Source: Octopus sinensis (lineage: Eukaryota). From it: a DNA stretch of 64,000 nucleotides. The position numbers and the translations under genes are program-made. Shown here in pieces: positions 36,901-51,148 of the stretch. Location of the stretch: NCBI RefSeq assembly GCF_006345805.1, contig NC_043013.1, positions 23,870,001 through 23,934,000 on the forward strand. The letters are read 5' to 3'. Below the pieces are notes generated by a model. It saw nothing but the letters and a program-made list of their open reading frames with translations, had not been told where the DNA came from and did no database searches. Within the stretch, counting starts at the first letter, position 1. Each line of letters opens with the position of its first letter.

Positions 36901-38197
36901 TGATAGAATCCATATTATATGTTTGTTAACTGATAATGTTTTAATATATCTTATCGCCATACAAGTGCTAACTGGTTGTCATGCCTTTTGCTAGTTGTTA
37001 ATAAAATGTTTCAGCTCATTGAAATATTTATTTTATTTAATTACATTTCAAGAACTCACACTCATTATTTATTACTTATCTAACTAAACATAGCAGTGCT
37101 AAAATATTAGGCTTATATCTTGGAAATATTCTGTAATTCTAGTAAATTGAGTAGAATTGCCTAAAATGGCTGTCATCTGATTTGGATTATTTTTATTTTT
37201 GGTATGTTTATGAATTAGTTCAAATTGCTCTTTGCTGGTTGCAGAATGCTGATAATAGTTGGTCACACAATGAACAATTACAATTTTCTTTAAAAGTTAT
37301 ATAACACCTTATTTGGGTTTCTTTTTCGTATATATATAGTGACAGCTGTTTTCTTTAAAGAGGAAACTGTTGGGATATATTACCTACAAATAGGGATATG
37401 CAGAAAGACTTGATTGTTTTTCTTTTAGAACTTGAACTGAATGTTCTACCATAATTTAATTTGATTTCCCATTTTGTGGATCCTATCCTAGTGAAGTTGA
37501 GTTAAACCACTGTTCTTTTATATGCATTAAAATAAATATCTACAATTAACTCTGTTCGTCTTATAAAATATTTCCCTCAAAAATACATCCTCTCTTTCTC
37601 AAACTCTTTTATATCTCTGCTTTTATTGTACCAGATAGGGATGTATCAAGAGACAAGGTGTTTGGTTGAGTGTGCATGTATTGACATGAACTCATTGTCT
37701 GTCCTCTCTTTCTCTCTCATACACACAGACTGATATTAAAAACCATAATTACATACCCATATCTAAAGACATGGCCAATTGTTCTCCATCAGCTGCCAGT
37801 TCACATACTACTGCTTGTTCTCTAGCCATTGAAAGAGACTGCATGTCTGAATGAAGGTATTTTAAATGAGGGATGCTATTTGATATTTTTCTGTTTATAT
37901 AGTTGCAAAAACATTGCTGATTTTCATTTCATTTAGATTATTAAAGAAAGAAAAAATAATTGGACTGCTACTTGATCAAACTGGTTGCAATATCAAACTT
38001 TAAGGGATATCAAACTCATCATAATTTATTGTGTAAATGACTCCTGTTAGCTAAGACAATTTAATGTTTAAATCTGAGCAAGCAATTTATAGATGTAAAA
38101 AAGAAATATGCTGACTACTATTTTCAAATATTCAGCTTTCTATGCTGTTTTGAGATTGGGTGCTTTTGTTGTGTATTCTTTCAAAATAATCTCTCAA

Positions 38198-38348
38198 TGT
38201 GGTTGTGTAGTAAGAAGCTTGCTTCCCAACCACATGGTTCCAGATTTAATCCCACTGCATAGTACCTTGGGCAAGTGTCTTCTTCTATAGCCTCAACCAA
38301 AGAAAGCCTTGTGAGTGGATTTGGTAGACAGAAACTGAAAGAAGCCTG

Positions 38349-38386
<38 letters not shown>

Positions 38387-38566
38387 TTATGTGAGCTTTT
38401 GTGTTTGTCCCCACCACCAGCGCTTGACAACTGATGTTGGTATGTTGGCGTCCCCATAACTTAGTGTTTTAACAAAAGAGACCAATAGAATAAGGCATAC
38501 AAAGTCCTTGGGTTGATTCCTTTAAAGCAGTGCTCCAGCATGGCCTCAGTCAAATGACTGAAACAA
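38198..38566 (+). mobile_element. tRNA-derived SINE with internal (TA)n expansion
   Basis: gtggttgtgtagtaagaagcttgcttcccaaccacatggttcc...cttgggcaagtgtcttc...caaatgactgaaaca, homologous to 6621-7000 in the opposite orientation. Confidence 0.88.
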
Positions 38567-40657
38567 AGAATCAGCAAAAGTAAATTGGGTTCTGTTATAA
38601 GTAAGTAGAAAACCGATCCCATTACATTTTTAAATGACAGTTTTCTGAAATGGATTTCCTTTCATTGCAATGAAATACAATTGAGTTCAGAGGGACTAAA
38701 TAGGTTGGGCTGTTCTTTTCATTACATTTAATGCGGTCAAATAGTAATGTATTTTGTTTGTTTTGTTTTTCTTTTTCGTTCATACCCAAACAATATTTCT
38801 TGCAATTTGGTTTCTCTTCCTTTGGGTGAAACAAATTTAAAACTAATGAAAATTGAATTTTTGAGAATAGCATGATATTACTATTATAAAAATAGGTTCT
38901 AAACAGAATTCTGGTCTTCAGAAAGTTAAAAAAAAAAAAAAAGGCACAAAAATGAAGTATCTCCTGTTATAACATTTTTGTAAATCAACACTTCCATACA
39001 TTTGCTGGCTTCATATTTAGGCAGTTGTAGTAAACTGATATTTGAGATTGTTATTTTTATTTTCAGTTTTCTATTACAACATAGAATAATTTCTTTTTAA
39101 GTTTCTTCAAAATTTACCATGAGCAACAATGCAGTTAGCTACATTCTATTAAGTTTCCTTATTCAATCTATTTTCTCTCCTTTATTTAGCTTTTACTTTT
39201 ATTTTTGCTATTGGTCAACTTATTATCAGCTCTGCTTTCTCTCAGACTTATATATTTAATTGTCTTTTAGATTTCAGACTTTTATTTATCCTATTTCTTC
39301 TTTGGTAACAGTCATTTATTTATTATTTTTTTTTAATCTCAGATGTCATAAAAATAGTTCATGACATTAACTGCATTAATTAACATTTAATCGGTGAATT
39401 AGTTAAATTATAGGCTGAATTCAGTCATATTTTGGAGATTTTTATTTCATTACACATAATTCATATTTCTTGTCCTAAATGTTTTAAAAGTTATTCTTTA
39501 AGTTAGTTGAAAGGCTAAAAAATAGTCAAAATACCATTATTTTGTTTAGATACATTGGTATTTACATTGTGAAGGTATGTAGAAATAACAAATAAATTAT
39601 TAACAAAAGATGGGTACAGTTTGATCCCTACTAGAAGGAACATACTAAGGAAAGAATAACAGAGTTTTCAGGCCAGTCTCAAAAACATATTCTGGAAAAG
39701 AAAGATGGACCAAAACAGTCATTTATCTCCCAGGCAAGCTTCATAACATTAAAAATAGCAAACAATACTAGTTTGGAATTCACATAATACATATCATTTT
39801 GTCTAATGTTTTGAATTAATATCTAATTTATGACCATTTTCAGATATCACCCAAAAACCTTTGATTTCTGTATTTTTTCTTTGATGTTTTTCTTCTTCTT
39901 CTCTCTCTCTCTTTCAACTTCTAGCAATAGTTAGGGTACAATGGCCTTGTCTTCTATCATCATTAAACTATACATGCTCACTCCCTATGCAAAGATATCA
40001 GTCAGCTCTTCTGAGAACACAAGTCCTTACACAAGTTCTCAAATGGTTATTTTGTTAAAGTTTGTGACAATCTGGTTTGTCTGAAAAATGCATTATTGAA
40101 TATAGGGTATTTGTATTTTGTGGGTGGGGTGGGGGTATTATGTGATACTGATAATTCAATTGCTCATAGAACCTAATTTTGGAAAAAACTTTGAGTGAAT
40201 TTAATTAATTTCCTTGTTGCTTAGTCTGCATTTGTCACACTAACTGCTTTTATGACTTGTAAAATTGAGTCTGTATAAATTTAAATTCATTGTGATTTTT
40301 ATTGAAAGATTTCATTTTTTTAATGTTACCAAAATGAAGGAGTTAATGATTTCACAATTATCTGATAAAAATGCGATTTTATTTATTTTACTTCAACTTC
40401 AGTATTTTATCAATGTCGAAATTTTGTGATAGATAAAATTGAAAATGATTGTTTATTTATATTCTTTTACAAATCATATATATTAGATATTCAATGCAAA
40501 GTTGTCAGCTGAATTGTAGAACTTTAATCCAAACCCAAAATAAATGCCATCATTAAAATCATGAAAAAAAAAAATTCTTTTAAATGTGTGAAGTCTGTTA
40601 TTGGTGCCTGGTTTGCTAGCATGGAAAATGGATGTTAAATGATGATATATATATCTC

Positions 40658-41129
40658 GTGACCGAGACCTTTAAACGTATGCTGTGCGTGAGAAGACCCA
40701 GCAGGACAAGTGAGGCCATAACCCGTGGCCTCTACCTGGAATGTAGCCAGCCCACTTATGCATACCTTTCCTTCTTGGGACACAAAAACTCTGCTTGCGA
40801 AGACCTGTTATGGCAAGTGAAATCGGAATCGAAATCACTCAAAAACCATTGGAAATTGTAGTTGTGATACCAGTGCTGATGGCACATAAAAGAACCATCC
40901 GAACGTGGCCGTTGCCAGTGCTGCCCCGACTGGTCTCCATGCCGGTGGCACGTAAAAAGCACCCACTACACTCACGGAGTGGTTGGCATTAGGAAGGGCA
41001 TCCAGCTGTAGAAACACTGCCAGATCAGACTGGGCCTGGTGCAGCCTCCTGGCTTCCCAGTCCCCAGTTGAACCGTCCAACCCATGCTAGCATGGAAAGC
41101 GGATGTTAAATGATGATGATGATGATGAT
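40658..41129 (+). mobile_element. 5'-truncated RTE LINE: last ORF codons, 3' UTR and (GAT)n tail
   Basis: gtgaccgagacctt...gagaagacccagcaggacaagtga matches the ORF end at 63618-63673, and agcccacttatgcatacctttccttc is shared with it. This links the short tails to the RTE. Confidence 0.92.
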
Positions 41130-44039
41130 ATAGTGTCAACTCTGATTGAGCAGACCTATTATCAAAGATGTCACAGCTATAATCATATCTTCTTATATAT
41201 CTAGAACTTCAGTGTCCAGTGTTGTCCTTAATTTTGTAACACTGTAAGGTTTACCCTGAGGGGAAATCTGCTGCTATTTCTACAGGGTTGAGCGGTTGCA
41301 GAGATAATCTTTTGTATGGCATTATTAGTTTTCTTTCAGAGTATATGTGCTATTAAAGGTGTTACCTTAAATATTGATTGGTTAGCTACACCTTTCATTT
41401 GACAGTTGGAGGGATGTGTGAAGAATAAATTAATTTTACTGCTCACCACATTTCATTGAAAATCATTTTAGTTAGAAACTAATATAATTTTTTTTTACTC
41501 ACCACATAATTATTTCTAGATAGCCCTTTAAATGCTCCGTGCCTTAAATATGTTAATACTAACTTAACTAAACATGTTTAGATTGTTTTAGATTAAAACA
41601 GAGGTAAAAAAGAGACTTCAGTACAGAATGTTGATCTGATAAGGTTATGAAAAGCTGGGTAGAGATGGGTGGTGTATTACTATTTGTGATGTAAGATAAG
41701 GGATGTATCCAGCAGTGTAGAAGAGGGGGTTGGATACAGTGGTTATGGAAACCATCTTTAGACATGTGAATGTTTGTGGGAGGCGGGGAGTATTCAGGTT
41801 GATGAGACATTGAAGCAATGTTTTATGTTCTTTGTTGCTAGGGACAGGAAGTTGATAATAAAAGATTGAAAAACAAATACCAATGCTATGCCCAGCTAGC
41901 ATGGAAAATAATTAAATAAAAAAAATACACCTCTGCAAATAGAAGTTAAATATTTAGACAGCTTTTGTAGCAGCATTCAGATGGTGTGGTAAAAGTAAGT
42001 GAAAGTAAAAGGAAATGGTTCTGGCCTTGTGTTGTCTCAAGTGGAAGTGAGAATATTTTGCAGAAGTCATGTGTGCAATAGGAAAACTAGTAAGGATCGT
42101 TTGGTGTGCAAGGTTGAGTGTACAAGGTGACCGTGTGGCTAGTCACATCATGCAATTGTACACTGACCATGAAAAATAAAATTGTGTGATATAGCATTTA
42201 AAATATGAATTAGCTATTTATGTAACCACACTTAGATGTAAACACACTTCAGATGGTTAAAAAGAAATCACCAAAAGTGAATGAAATAAACGAAATACAT
42301 TCCATGTCAGTTTTTATTTTATTTTTAAATGAATCTGATACCTGTTTGGCTTCCTTTCTAACCTTTTATCATACATGTCAACTTGACTTTAGACTGCTTT
42401 ATATTGGTGAAATAAATCAGGCTTTGCATTTTCTGTACCGATTCTATATAACTTACATCTGTTGAAGATGTTCTAAGATGTGTTTATATTGAAGGCATTA
42501 CATTAAATCATTTTTTTCCCTTAATATTTAACATTCTCAGATGATCAAGACAGGCAAAATATATGATCTCATCTGGCTTCAAGAGAGTAACGACTGTTGA
42601 AACTTTCTTATCTTCATTACCTCTTCTAATAGGTTGCCTAACTAATGTCAGATGTTTTCTGCCATCATAATTAGAAAAACTTCATAATATGACATGCTTC
42701 TTCTTATCTGGTTTGTAAGCATGGCATATTGTGAACTTCTCTAATTATGGTAGAAGAAAACCTGCTCACCAGCTGTATCTACTCTTCTCACCTTTTACAG
42801 AATAGTTTTGTTGTTTTATTAGAAATTTGATTCTCTTCGTTTTGCATGTGTTTATCACTTAAATCTCTTGTGTACACACTATTATATAATCAGTACTTTA
42901 ATTTTTAATTGAAATTGTTTTACATTTCATTATCTTCATGAAATATCTATTATGTATTCATTTTCCTGTGAATATGGAGTGTTTTGAAAATGAAGTATTC
43001 ATTAGCATCTAATTTCTTTCATCATTCTAACTCGTCAGCAATGTAATATCTGTAGATGAGAGATATTTTGAAGTAATTTTCCTTTTTAATTGAAATCACT
43101 AACAATAATCATATTACTTTTTATTTGGGAAGAAAGGAGTCGTTCGTTGCAAACAATGTCAGCACCTTTATTAAATCATTTCATAAATCATTTAGAAATT
43201 CGACATATTCTTTGAATTTTGTCTTAATTCTATTCTTTTTTTTCCAATAGTAACCTAACGAGATTATTAATTTTAGTCAATATATCAAATGGTTATAAAT
43301 TATGTTAACACTTTTAGTGGTAAATATATTTTACTTCCTTTATATGTTGAACATATTGAGAAAATATGAGAATGGGAGAAAATATGAGAATGGAGAATCT
43401 GTTATAAACTAATTTTTCAGTATCGTATTAATTCTATTTTCTCAAATCAATGGTTTTGGGTTTTCTTTTTAAATTTTATAAGTATATAACAAATTGTATC
43501 TAGATAGGAAAACTTTGTTAATCATCTCAACAATTTAGAATATTTATTTGTTGCAATCAGCAGTTTCAATCTTGAATAAATATGATGATTCTGTAAAAAA
43601 AAAAGTCACAGGACTGACTTGAAAGGTTAGTTATGTTCATAACAGTAGGATAGTTTTATTAAACATTATTGAATTAATACAATTGATCTTGGAATAGTTT
43701 CTTATACCATTTATTTGTATTTTCTTTTAAATATAAAGAATTTTATAACATCTCCTCCCATCTGTTGTTACTCTCTTGACATTCTTATCATTCTAAAATT
43801 TTCTTCTTGGAATTTTTATTTATTTTCATTTCTGTAGCCTTTAAATATTTCAATCCTCAGTAGAATTTTATCTTCTCAAAGCAACTAACCTGTATACAGT
43901 GGGTTTGTAACTTCACAGTGTATAAATGAAAGGTGAAGAGAGAAGGATGGTATATCTTTATCTTATATTTTAAGGGAGTCCTCCCCCCATTCGTATTAAT
44001 ATATGTCAGTTGTTTCTGAAAATTCAGACATTGTAAGGA

Positions 44040-45385
44040 ATTGTTGAAGCAAGTAACTTTTATGACAAGATGTCTTTTACAATACTAAATCTTCACCAGC
44101 ACAAATGGAGTGCTGTCTTTTTTTTTTATTACTTTGAACTTGTGATTCTCTGCTTTACAATGTACCTCTGAAATGACAGTGTTGAAATCTTTAATGTTAC
44201 ATTTTGCTTTTGTAACTCTTTCACCACCTTTTTTGCGTTTTCTTCATAAACTTTACTTAATTAAACCATATACAGCAATGTATGCTAATTAGCACACATT
44301 GATGTCTGTGACTAGCTGCTGTCTGAGCCATTAAGTCAGGGTATGGAGTCTTCCAAAAAATTATCTTCCAAAGTTGGTGGAAAATTATTTTGAAGCTCAC
44401 CATTAGTATTAGTAACTACAAACATTGAATTCATATTTAATGGAACTCTCCAGGCATGTTGTCCACGTGTGTACATGGGAACAATATATTTCCTCCTTGC
44501 TGGAAGTGCACACCACCTCTTTCTAGCAATCTTACTTTGCTCTAATTAACCCACAGACAACAAAGACACTTTGTAAATCAACTGTGCTGCTTAAGCAAGA
44601 AATTCACCATAACACTATTTTGATATTTTCATAGTCTTATTTATATTTCATTAACTGGCAGAGATGAATGTTGGCTATCATTGTACAATAAAAGACATTA
44701 TAATGTTAACGTGATAGCATTGCAGGATGCAAATACTGTATCTTGACTGAAGTAGGGAAGAAGTTTTGCCTCGCTTGATAAGCTGTTATTTTTGCCAGTG
44801 ACTTTAGATAGTATATAGTTCTTTTAGCAAAGATATTAAAAGCTTTACTCTTCTCTTTCGTAGATTCAACTCCCATATCAAATCATTAAGTTCCTTTTGG
44901 GAACACTTCCATTACCCCGCTGTTCTGACGATGATTTTCTTCAAAATCTAAAGATGGAAGGCCAAGAAATTATATTAATCACTGGTAGAGGAATGTCTTG
45001 ACTGTGAAACAAATCATCTTTGCTAATTCTGAATTAGGATCCTCGCATGTGTGTTCCTTGTAGTAATTGAACCTTTTCACATTTACGCCACAAAAATTAT
45101 AACCATTGTTGTGATTTGGAGGCTTTCTGTCTTTACCATAGACACATCCAAACATCAAAGTTTAAACTTTTCCTTTTTCCAGGTTCCCATCGTCAAATAA
45201 ACTCAGCACATTTTGCTAGCATTATTACGAGCCCAACACTTACCATAGTTATCAATTTTCACTCTGAAATATGCTTTTTCACAAAGTCAGTGATGTTTTC
45301 CCTTTGTCTTGCAAAGTGCATTCACCAAAATATAATAAAATGCATTAGAATTGTTACAGCAGCTTTTTCATGATCAACTTCTATT
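44040..45385 (-). pseudogene. Degenerate CMC/Chapaev3-like DNA transposase
   Basis: Collinear minus-strand remnants KSCCNNSNAFYYI, RENITDFVKK, WEPGKRKSLNFDV, KPPNHNNGYNFCGVNVKRFN and SQKELNDLIWELNL match the recalled family motifs FCYICG, WREP.NH..DCYFC and Q.ELNDLVRDL.L. Boundaries approximate. Confidence 0.65.
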
Positions 45386-47640
45386 AATCTGCCATATGTT
45401 CATACATATCTATGTACATATGTATCTATATCTCTTGCCAGCTAGATACAGATAACTTTGCCACACTTGCCTGAGTATTCAGAACATAAAGAATAGAAAC
45501 AAATACTGCACAACCTTATATTAAACCCAGTTATAGTTACTCTAATCCACCATCTTGGATAAAAGGCTAAGTTGACCCTGGCAGAATTTCAACTAAGGAC
45601 ATGAAGAAGCTGACCAAACACTTCAAGGCAAATTGTCTGATGCTTTAACAATCCTATTAATTCACTGCCTTGTAAAGCAATTGTTATGTGTTGATGTTAT
45701 TTAACCTTGGGTCATCTTGGGTTGAGTACACTTATGATCATAGGTTTTTCCAGATATGACCATTTTGTCTTAAGGACAACTTTGGTGTCCCTTTTCTTTA
45801 AGATGGTAGGAGTTTTGGCTGCTATTTTTGCAGATTGAGCCACCCTCTCGTGTAGATAGGGAAGGTAGATATAGATCAAGAAAATTTGATATGAAGTAGC
45901 TAAATGAGACTTAAAAGCATGGAAAACTGCTTTTACTGAAGGTACATGCAACCAATATCATCAGCATTAAATATTGATGTTGAAATAATTCCACCATCAC
46001 TGCCTGTGATGATGATGACAACTAGCATCAGGTAATACTATTGTTTGTTTCGTTCTAGATTCTACAACCTTTTACTTGCCTGTAACTAAAGAAGGGTTTC
46101 CCCACCCAGCCATCCATATAATGGGTCTGTTTTGTAGTTAACTGAATCTACCTCATTAGCATATTGATTATAAAAAAATGAATTTATTTTTATGTTTGCT
46201 TCGTCTTTGATTTCTTGCAGGGTTGTTTCTGATGCGAACATTTTATCTCCAATTTTTGGAAGCAATGATTTCACCTGATTTTTTTGGATTTTCAGTTTCT
46301 GCTTTTCCATTCTTTTTCTCACCTGAGTTCTCTTTCTTACACATAAATGTCATGTTTTAGTTATTAGCATCTGCTTACTTTGCTCGTTTTTCACATTTTA
46401 TCATTTCCAATAAATTTATGAAATTATTTTCTTTAAAATATTCCTTAACAATGGTTTATTTCATTTTTAAAAATGCTCTTTTTTAAAAGATATATAAATT
46501 ATATTTAAATTGTTTCACTATATCAATGGAATTTCTAATATGCAGCTGTTTTATATTAGCATTTAAAAGGGAAAGTGTTTTGTAGCTCTATACTTTCTGC
46601 TAACACTAATAATATTCATACCTTTATGTCAGCTTTTGCTGGGAAGTGGAGGTTAGCTTTAAGCAGACTTCTCTTTTCAACAACTGTCAGCAGCATATTT
46701 CTGATAAAAGCTGTACATTCCTCAACCATTTTTTTTTCTTTACATATAATGTTGATATTGCAGCTGAACTTCAAATCTTAGTCGCAAACTTTGCTGCTGT
46801 CAGAGACTTTATGAGAGATGTCAGCATGGCTTATTTAATGAGCCACTTAATCCTGTAAAATAGTGAAAGCAAAAGAGAAAACATTTGTTTTCACATTGTA
46901 TATAATAAACTGGAATTTTGGTCAGTTGGAGTTTAGATGTAGTGTTAAAAGAAAACATTCTAACCCTCTTGAAATAATGTTTGTATTCAATGATATTAAT
47001 AGAAAATTTGAAGGATAAATATAGTAAGTTAGGTTCATCCTTTTGTTATCAAATTTAGCCTTCGTTTCTTTATTTGTTTTTCTTTTTAAGAACTATTCAT
47101 CTTTCAGTTCATTTACTTCATCAATTGATAGGTCTTTAATTTCCAAAGAAATATTTGGTGCCTACATGGAAACAGTTACTCTGCTTTTAAAGGAAAATGA
47201 TGAAAGTTGCTGTGCTGTATGAGGCTGATTTAATGCATTTGAAATAAATGTCGGGGGTGGTGAAATAAATAAGAGTCAATAAAAACACAGTTTATCTCTG
47301 TTTGTTCAAGAAACCTGAAAGAAGAGATAATTTCCTCAAACTATGTGGATTATGTATCTTAGGAATTCTTATGCAAATATAGTAAATTCATATTGCAAAC
47401 TGAATATTAAATATTGTATAATAAAGATAACTTAGAAAGAAATATAATACACCATTGTCTTATTGGTGTTAACTGAAGAAAGCAGTTTTATGTAGCAGTC
47501 TGTCTTTTATTTAGGTGTGTCATGTTTATGAAGATTCAGCATGACTCACAGAAAATACCAATACTATTTTTTTGGTGGATAATTAACATCATCTCAAGAA
47601 TGACCATGCAATTTCATTATGTAGCCAAAGCGTTAGGAAC

Positions 47641-47925
47641 ATCATCGTCATCATCATGCTAGTATAGGTTGGACAGTTTGACAGGAGCTGTACCAAATTC
47701 TGCTGTCTGCTTTGGCATGGTTGTCATATATGGATGCCCTTCCTAATGCCAACCAGTTTACAGAGTGTACTAGGTACTTTTTATATGGCACTGGCACCAA
47801 TAAGCTCACCAACTAAGTTGCAAAACAAAGATTCCTCAACTGAGAGAGAGTGGTATTGAGGGAGGTGGCTTTGTGTCAGGTGATGAGTCAAAGTATGAAA
47901 GAGGAGAGAGACATGGGGCTATTTC

Positions 47926-47962
<37 letters not shown>

Positions 47963-48432
47963 GAGGAAAGCAGCATGTCAGGGTGTAGCCTCAAGGTTCA
48001 AAGAGGTGAATGTAAATGGAATGGTAGAAAATTGGACAGGGGGAGTAAGCAGAGTTCACAAGAGTGTAAGAGGAGGAGGGTGACAAGACAGCATTGGATG
48101 GGGAGGCGGGGGTAGAGATAGACATTAGTGCATGAAGAGGTGTAGTTTGGTTCTTTAGTGTGTCATGTGTGAATTACATGTGGGTGGAACACATAGTGCT
48201 TCCAGAACTGTTTTGCGGAGGTGGACAGGCCTTTTCAAGAACTTAATATGTCAGTCCATTATCATCTGTTCCGTGAGGCTCAACATCTTGAGATCAGTCC
48301 TCACTACTTCATCCCATGTATTTCTGGGTCTCCCTCTTCCACAGGTTCCATCCACTTTAAGCAATCAGCACTTCTTTATACAGCTATCTTTATTCATACA
48401 CATCATGTGTCCAAACCATAGTAGTCTTCTCT
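47641..48432 (-). mobile_element. RTE LINE 3' fragment (ORF C-terminus, microsatellite-rich UTR, tail)
   Basis: The minus strand of about 48300-48432 gives RLLWFGHM...VDGTCGRGRPRNTWDEVV; the tail motif ggatgcccttcctaatgccaacc and (cat)n lie at 47641-47790. Confidence 0.8.
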
Positions 48433-49123
48433 ATATTTCTCACTCTCTCTCCCCACTACCATTTGGCTTCAGACAAAATCTAAAGGTTAAGAAAAAAAAA
48501 TTAAAATTCATAAAAATGATACAAAGCTTTTGTATTTTGAATTCCTTTTTTGAATTTGGAATTAATTTTTTCTCTAACTATTATTTAACATTTCATTTGG
48601 TATACTTTATCAAAATATTCTCATTTTAAGGATAGTAAATTTATTTCTACTATGAGGCCAATCACAGGTAGCTAAAATAGCTGAGAGAGAGAGAAAGCAT
48701 TAAAGGTCCCTGGGTCACTTCTATGTTTCAGTATGGTGATGAAATTCTCTTTTATCATCACATGACCATCATTACAATAAGATTTGTTGAAAACCAAGTA
48801 ATAAATTACTATGCTAGTGGGTAAATCTTTCTCAAGCTAAACTTTCATAAGTTTTTTTTTTTTTTTATTAAAGGAATTAACTGAGTTTGTGCAATTTTTT
48901 TTGCTATTTTTTTTCTCTGCAACTCAGGAAAAACAACCATGGTTTATTCATTTCCTTTGGTTGATGATGGTATAAAATTCTATAATCTCGTATGATTATT
49001 TCCAATTTATATTGACCTTCATCAGGCAAACTTATTTCTGCTCCAGTTGGAGACAGGTTAAGAACACATGCCTTAGATGACACTTGTCACTGGCCTGACA
49101 GTTTCTAGAAGACTAATGACAAA

Positions 49124-49514
49124 TCTCACTATATATAAAGCTGAAGTTGTCTGTGTATGGCAGGTTTGGTAGCCCTCAACTAACACTATCTCCTCCGAGA
49201 CCCTGCGGCGCAAGTTGACCAAAATTGAGAGTATGATAGAAGAAGGCTTGCTCTTCATTCCGTAGAAGATAAAATTGAAATTGGACCATGTTAAGACCAA
49301 AAATTATTTACATCAAAAAGTTGCTTTTTTTCTATGAAAATCCCTATTTTTACGATTTTTTGACTGCGGTGTTGCCATTTTATGGTGTATTTCAACCTGA
49401 AAAATGTTCACTTAAAGAGAATAACAAGCTACATAATGCGAAATTTTTACTTTTCAAAAATTCCAATTCTAAAGGGTCGAAACAAACCCGAGCAACGCTG
49501 GGCGATACTGATAG
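49124..49514 (+). mobile_element. Non-autonomous Helitron (second family, about 390 bp)
   Basis: A|TC start (TCTCACTATATATAAAG), 3' hairpin CCCGAGCAACGCTGGG, and end ATAG|T (a variant of CTAG). Confidence 0.85.
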
Positions 49515-49619
49515 TAATTGATATTTGGAAAGGTATCAGATATCTACCTTGGTGACTTATAGTTTTGTTTCCAACTGCCAACCCAAATGTAGTGTTTATG
49601 TTGGGTTGATATGATGGAT

Positions 49620-50930
49620 GTTATGACAAAAGTTAAACCATTGAAGAAGCTGGCTTTTGAGTTCCATTGGTGTAGTTTACATTCAGTCACTAAAGCAAAA
49701 ATGTAGCATTTCTCTCAGACACGTTATAAGTTGAACAACTATATAAAAGAAAATGTTTCAATGTCTGGGACACAGATTTCCATGTAGACTGTGATGCTTC
49801 TTTGGAGCCATTGTCTGAATGCCACTCTTCTGAAAGGAGTGCATGGTACAATCTTGAACTTTGATTGGATCATTGGTGAGAAGTAAACAAATCCATTCAC
49901 CATCTACAGTTGAATATAAAGGACAGATCTGTTTGCTTTTATACCCATTATCAAATTTTTAACTACATTGCTTTTTAAACCAACCCTCTCCAAAAGCATT
50001 TTTGAGCTGATTCACCACAAGAAACATATGATAAGCCCAATGGGGAAATGTCATCAGTGTAGTCACACTCAAATGAAGGACAATCCTTGAAATTCAAGAT
50101 CTTTCACTCCTCTCATCTATTAAACCTATCGAACTTTTTTTGCTGACACAGATCATTGCCTGTTTCCTTGGATTTTGATATTTCCCTACCACTGACTTTC
50201 TATGAGAGTAATTAGATAACATAGACAAATAGTTCTTTTAGTCAATTTGTTCTATTTGTATCTACGATAGAGAGTGTATATTGTGTAACTTGAAAACACA
50301 AACTTGTGTAAATATTTTAGGGTTAAATTTTCCAATTGGATACATTTATACTCAACAGAAGTTATAAGATATTGAAACAGTTGTAATTAGATTTAACCTA
50401 ATTGTAATGAAATTAATTTGTTGAGTAAAATCTATTGAAATATGTTCTGTGGTTTCATTGAAATTGCATAACCCCAGCTTCCTATAAGTTCCTTGTACAG
50501 AAATAATGGTGGATTCTTGTGGCGCTTTGAATTTCATTGCAAGCAATTGGTTATCAATTAGTTTCCCATTTATGAATGTTGTTCCTTTCATTCTAATAAG
50601 CATAAGAAATTCCTTTACATTTCCCTTTTCTGGAATTGCAATTACTATCCTTCCTGATAATTTCAAATGAAACCTGAATAAATACCATCAATAACTTATT
50701 GATTTCTATATTGATTGGTTGTTCAATTCTATTTTGTGACTCTCCTATTTTAATGTGAATAACCACCAGTTTCTTCAGCTAATCCATCATGACATTCTGA
50801 AATCAGGAGATATTTGTTCCATTGTGCTTTCTCATTCTCAGTGTTTTCTTTCATGCTTTTAGACTTTGTTTTACCAGCTCTTAAAATGGCTTTTCTTATC
50901 TTACTTACTTTACAGTTTCTTCACTTTTTT
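49620..50930 (-). pseudogene. Degenerate non-LTR retrotransposon RT fragment
   Basis: GRIVIAIPEKGN (cf. I..IPKKG at the RT start) in ORF 50352-50666 and KKFDRF (cf. KAFDR). Clade unresolved. Confidence 0.4.
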
Positions 50931-50975
50931 CTTGACTTAGAATTATTTTTTAATTATTTTGGTTTCAAAAGCATG

Positions 50976-51104
50976 AGTAGTAGTAGCAGTAGGAGGAGGA
51001 GGAGGAAGAAGAAGAGGAAGGGGAGGAGGAAGAAGAAGAAGAAAAGGAGGAAGAAGAAGAAGACGAGGAAGAAAAAGAAGAAGAAGAAGAAGAGGAGGAA
51101 GAAA

Positions 51105-51148
<44 letters not shown>
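50976..51148. repeat. (AGT)/(AGG)/(GAA)n polypurine microsatellite
   Basis: 50991-51148 is all purine except one C at 51064. Confidence 0.97.
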
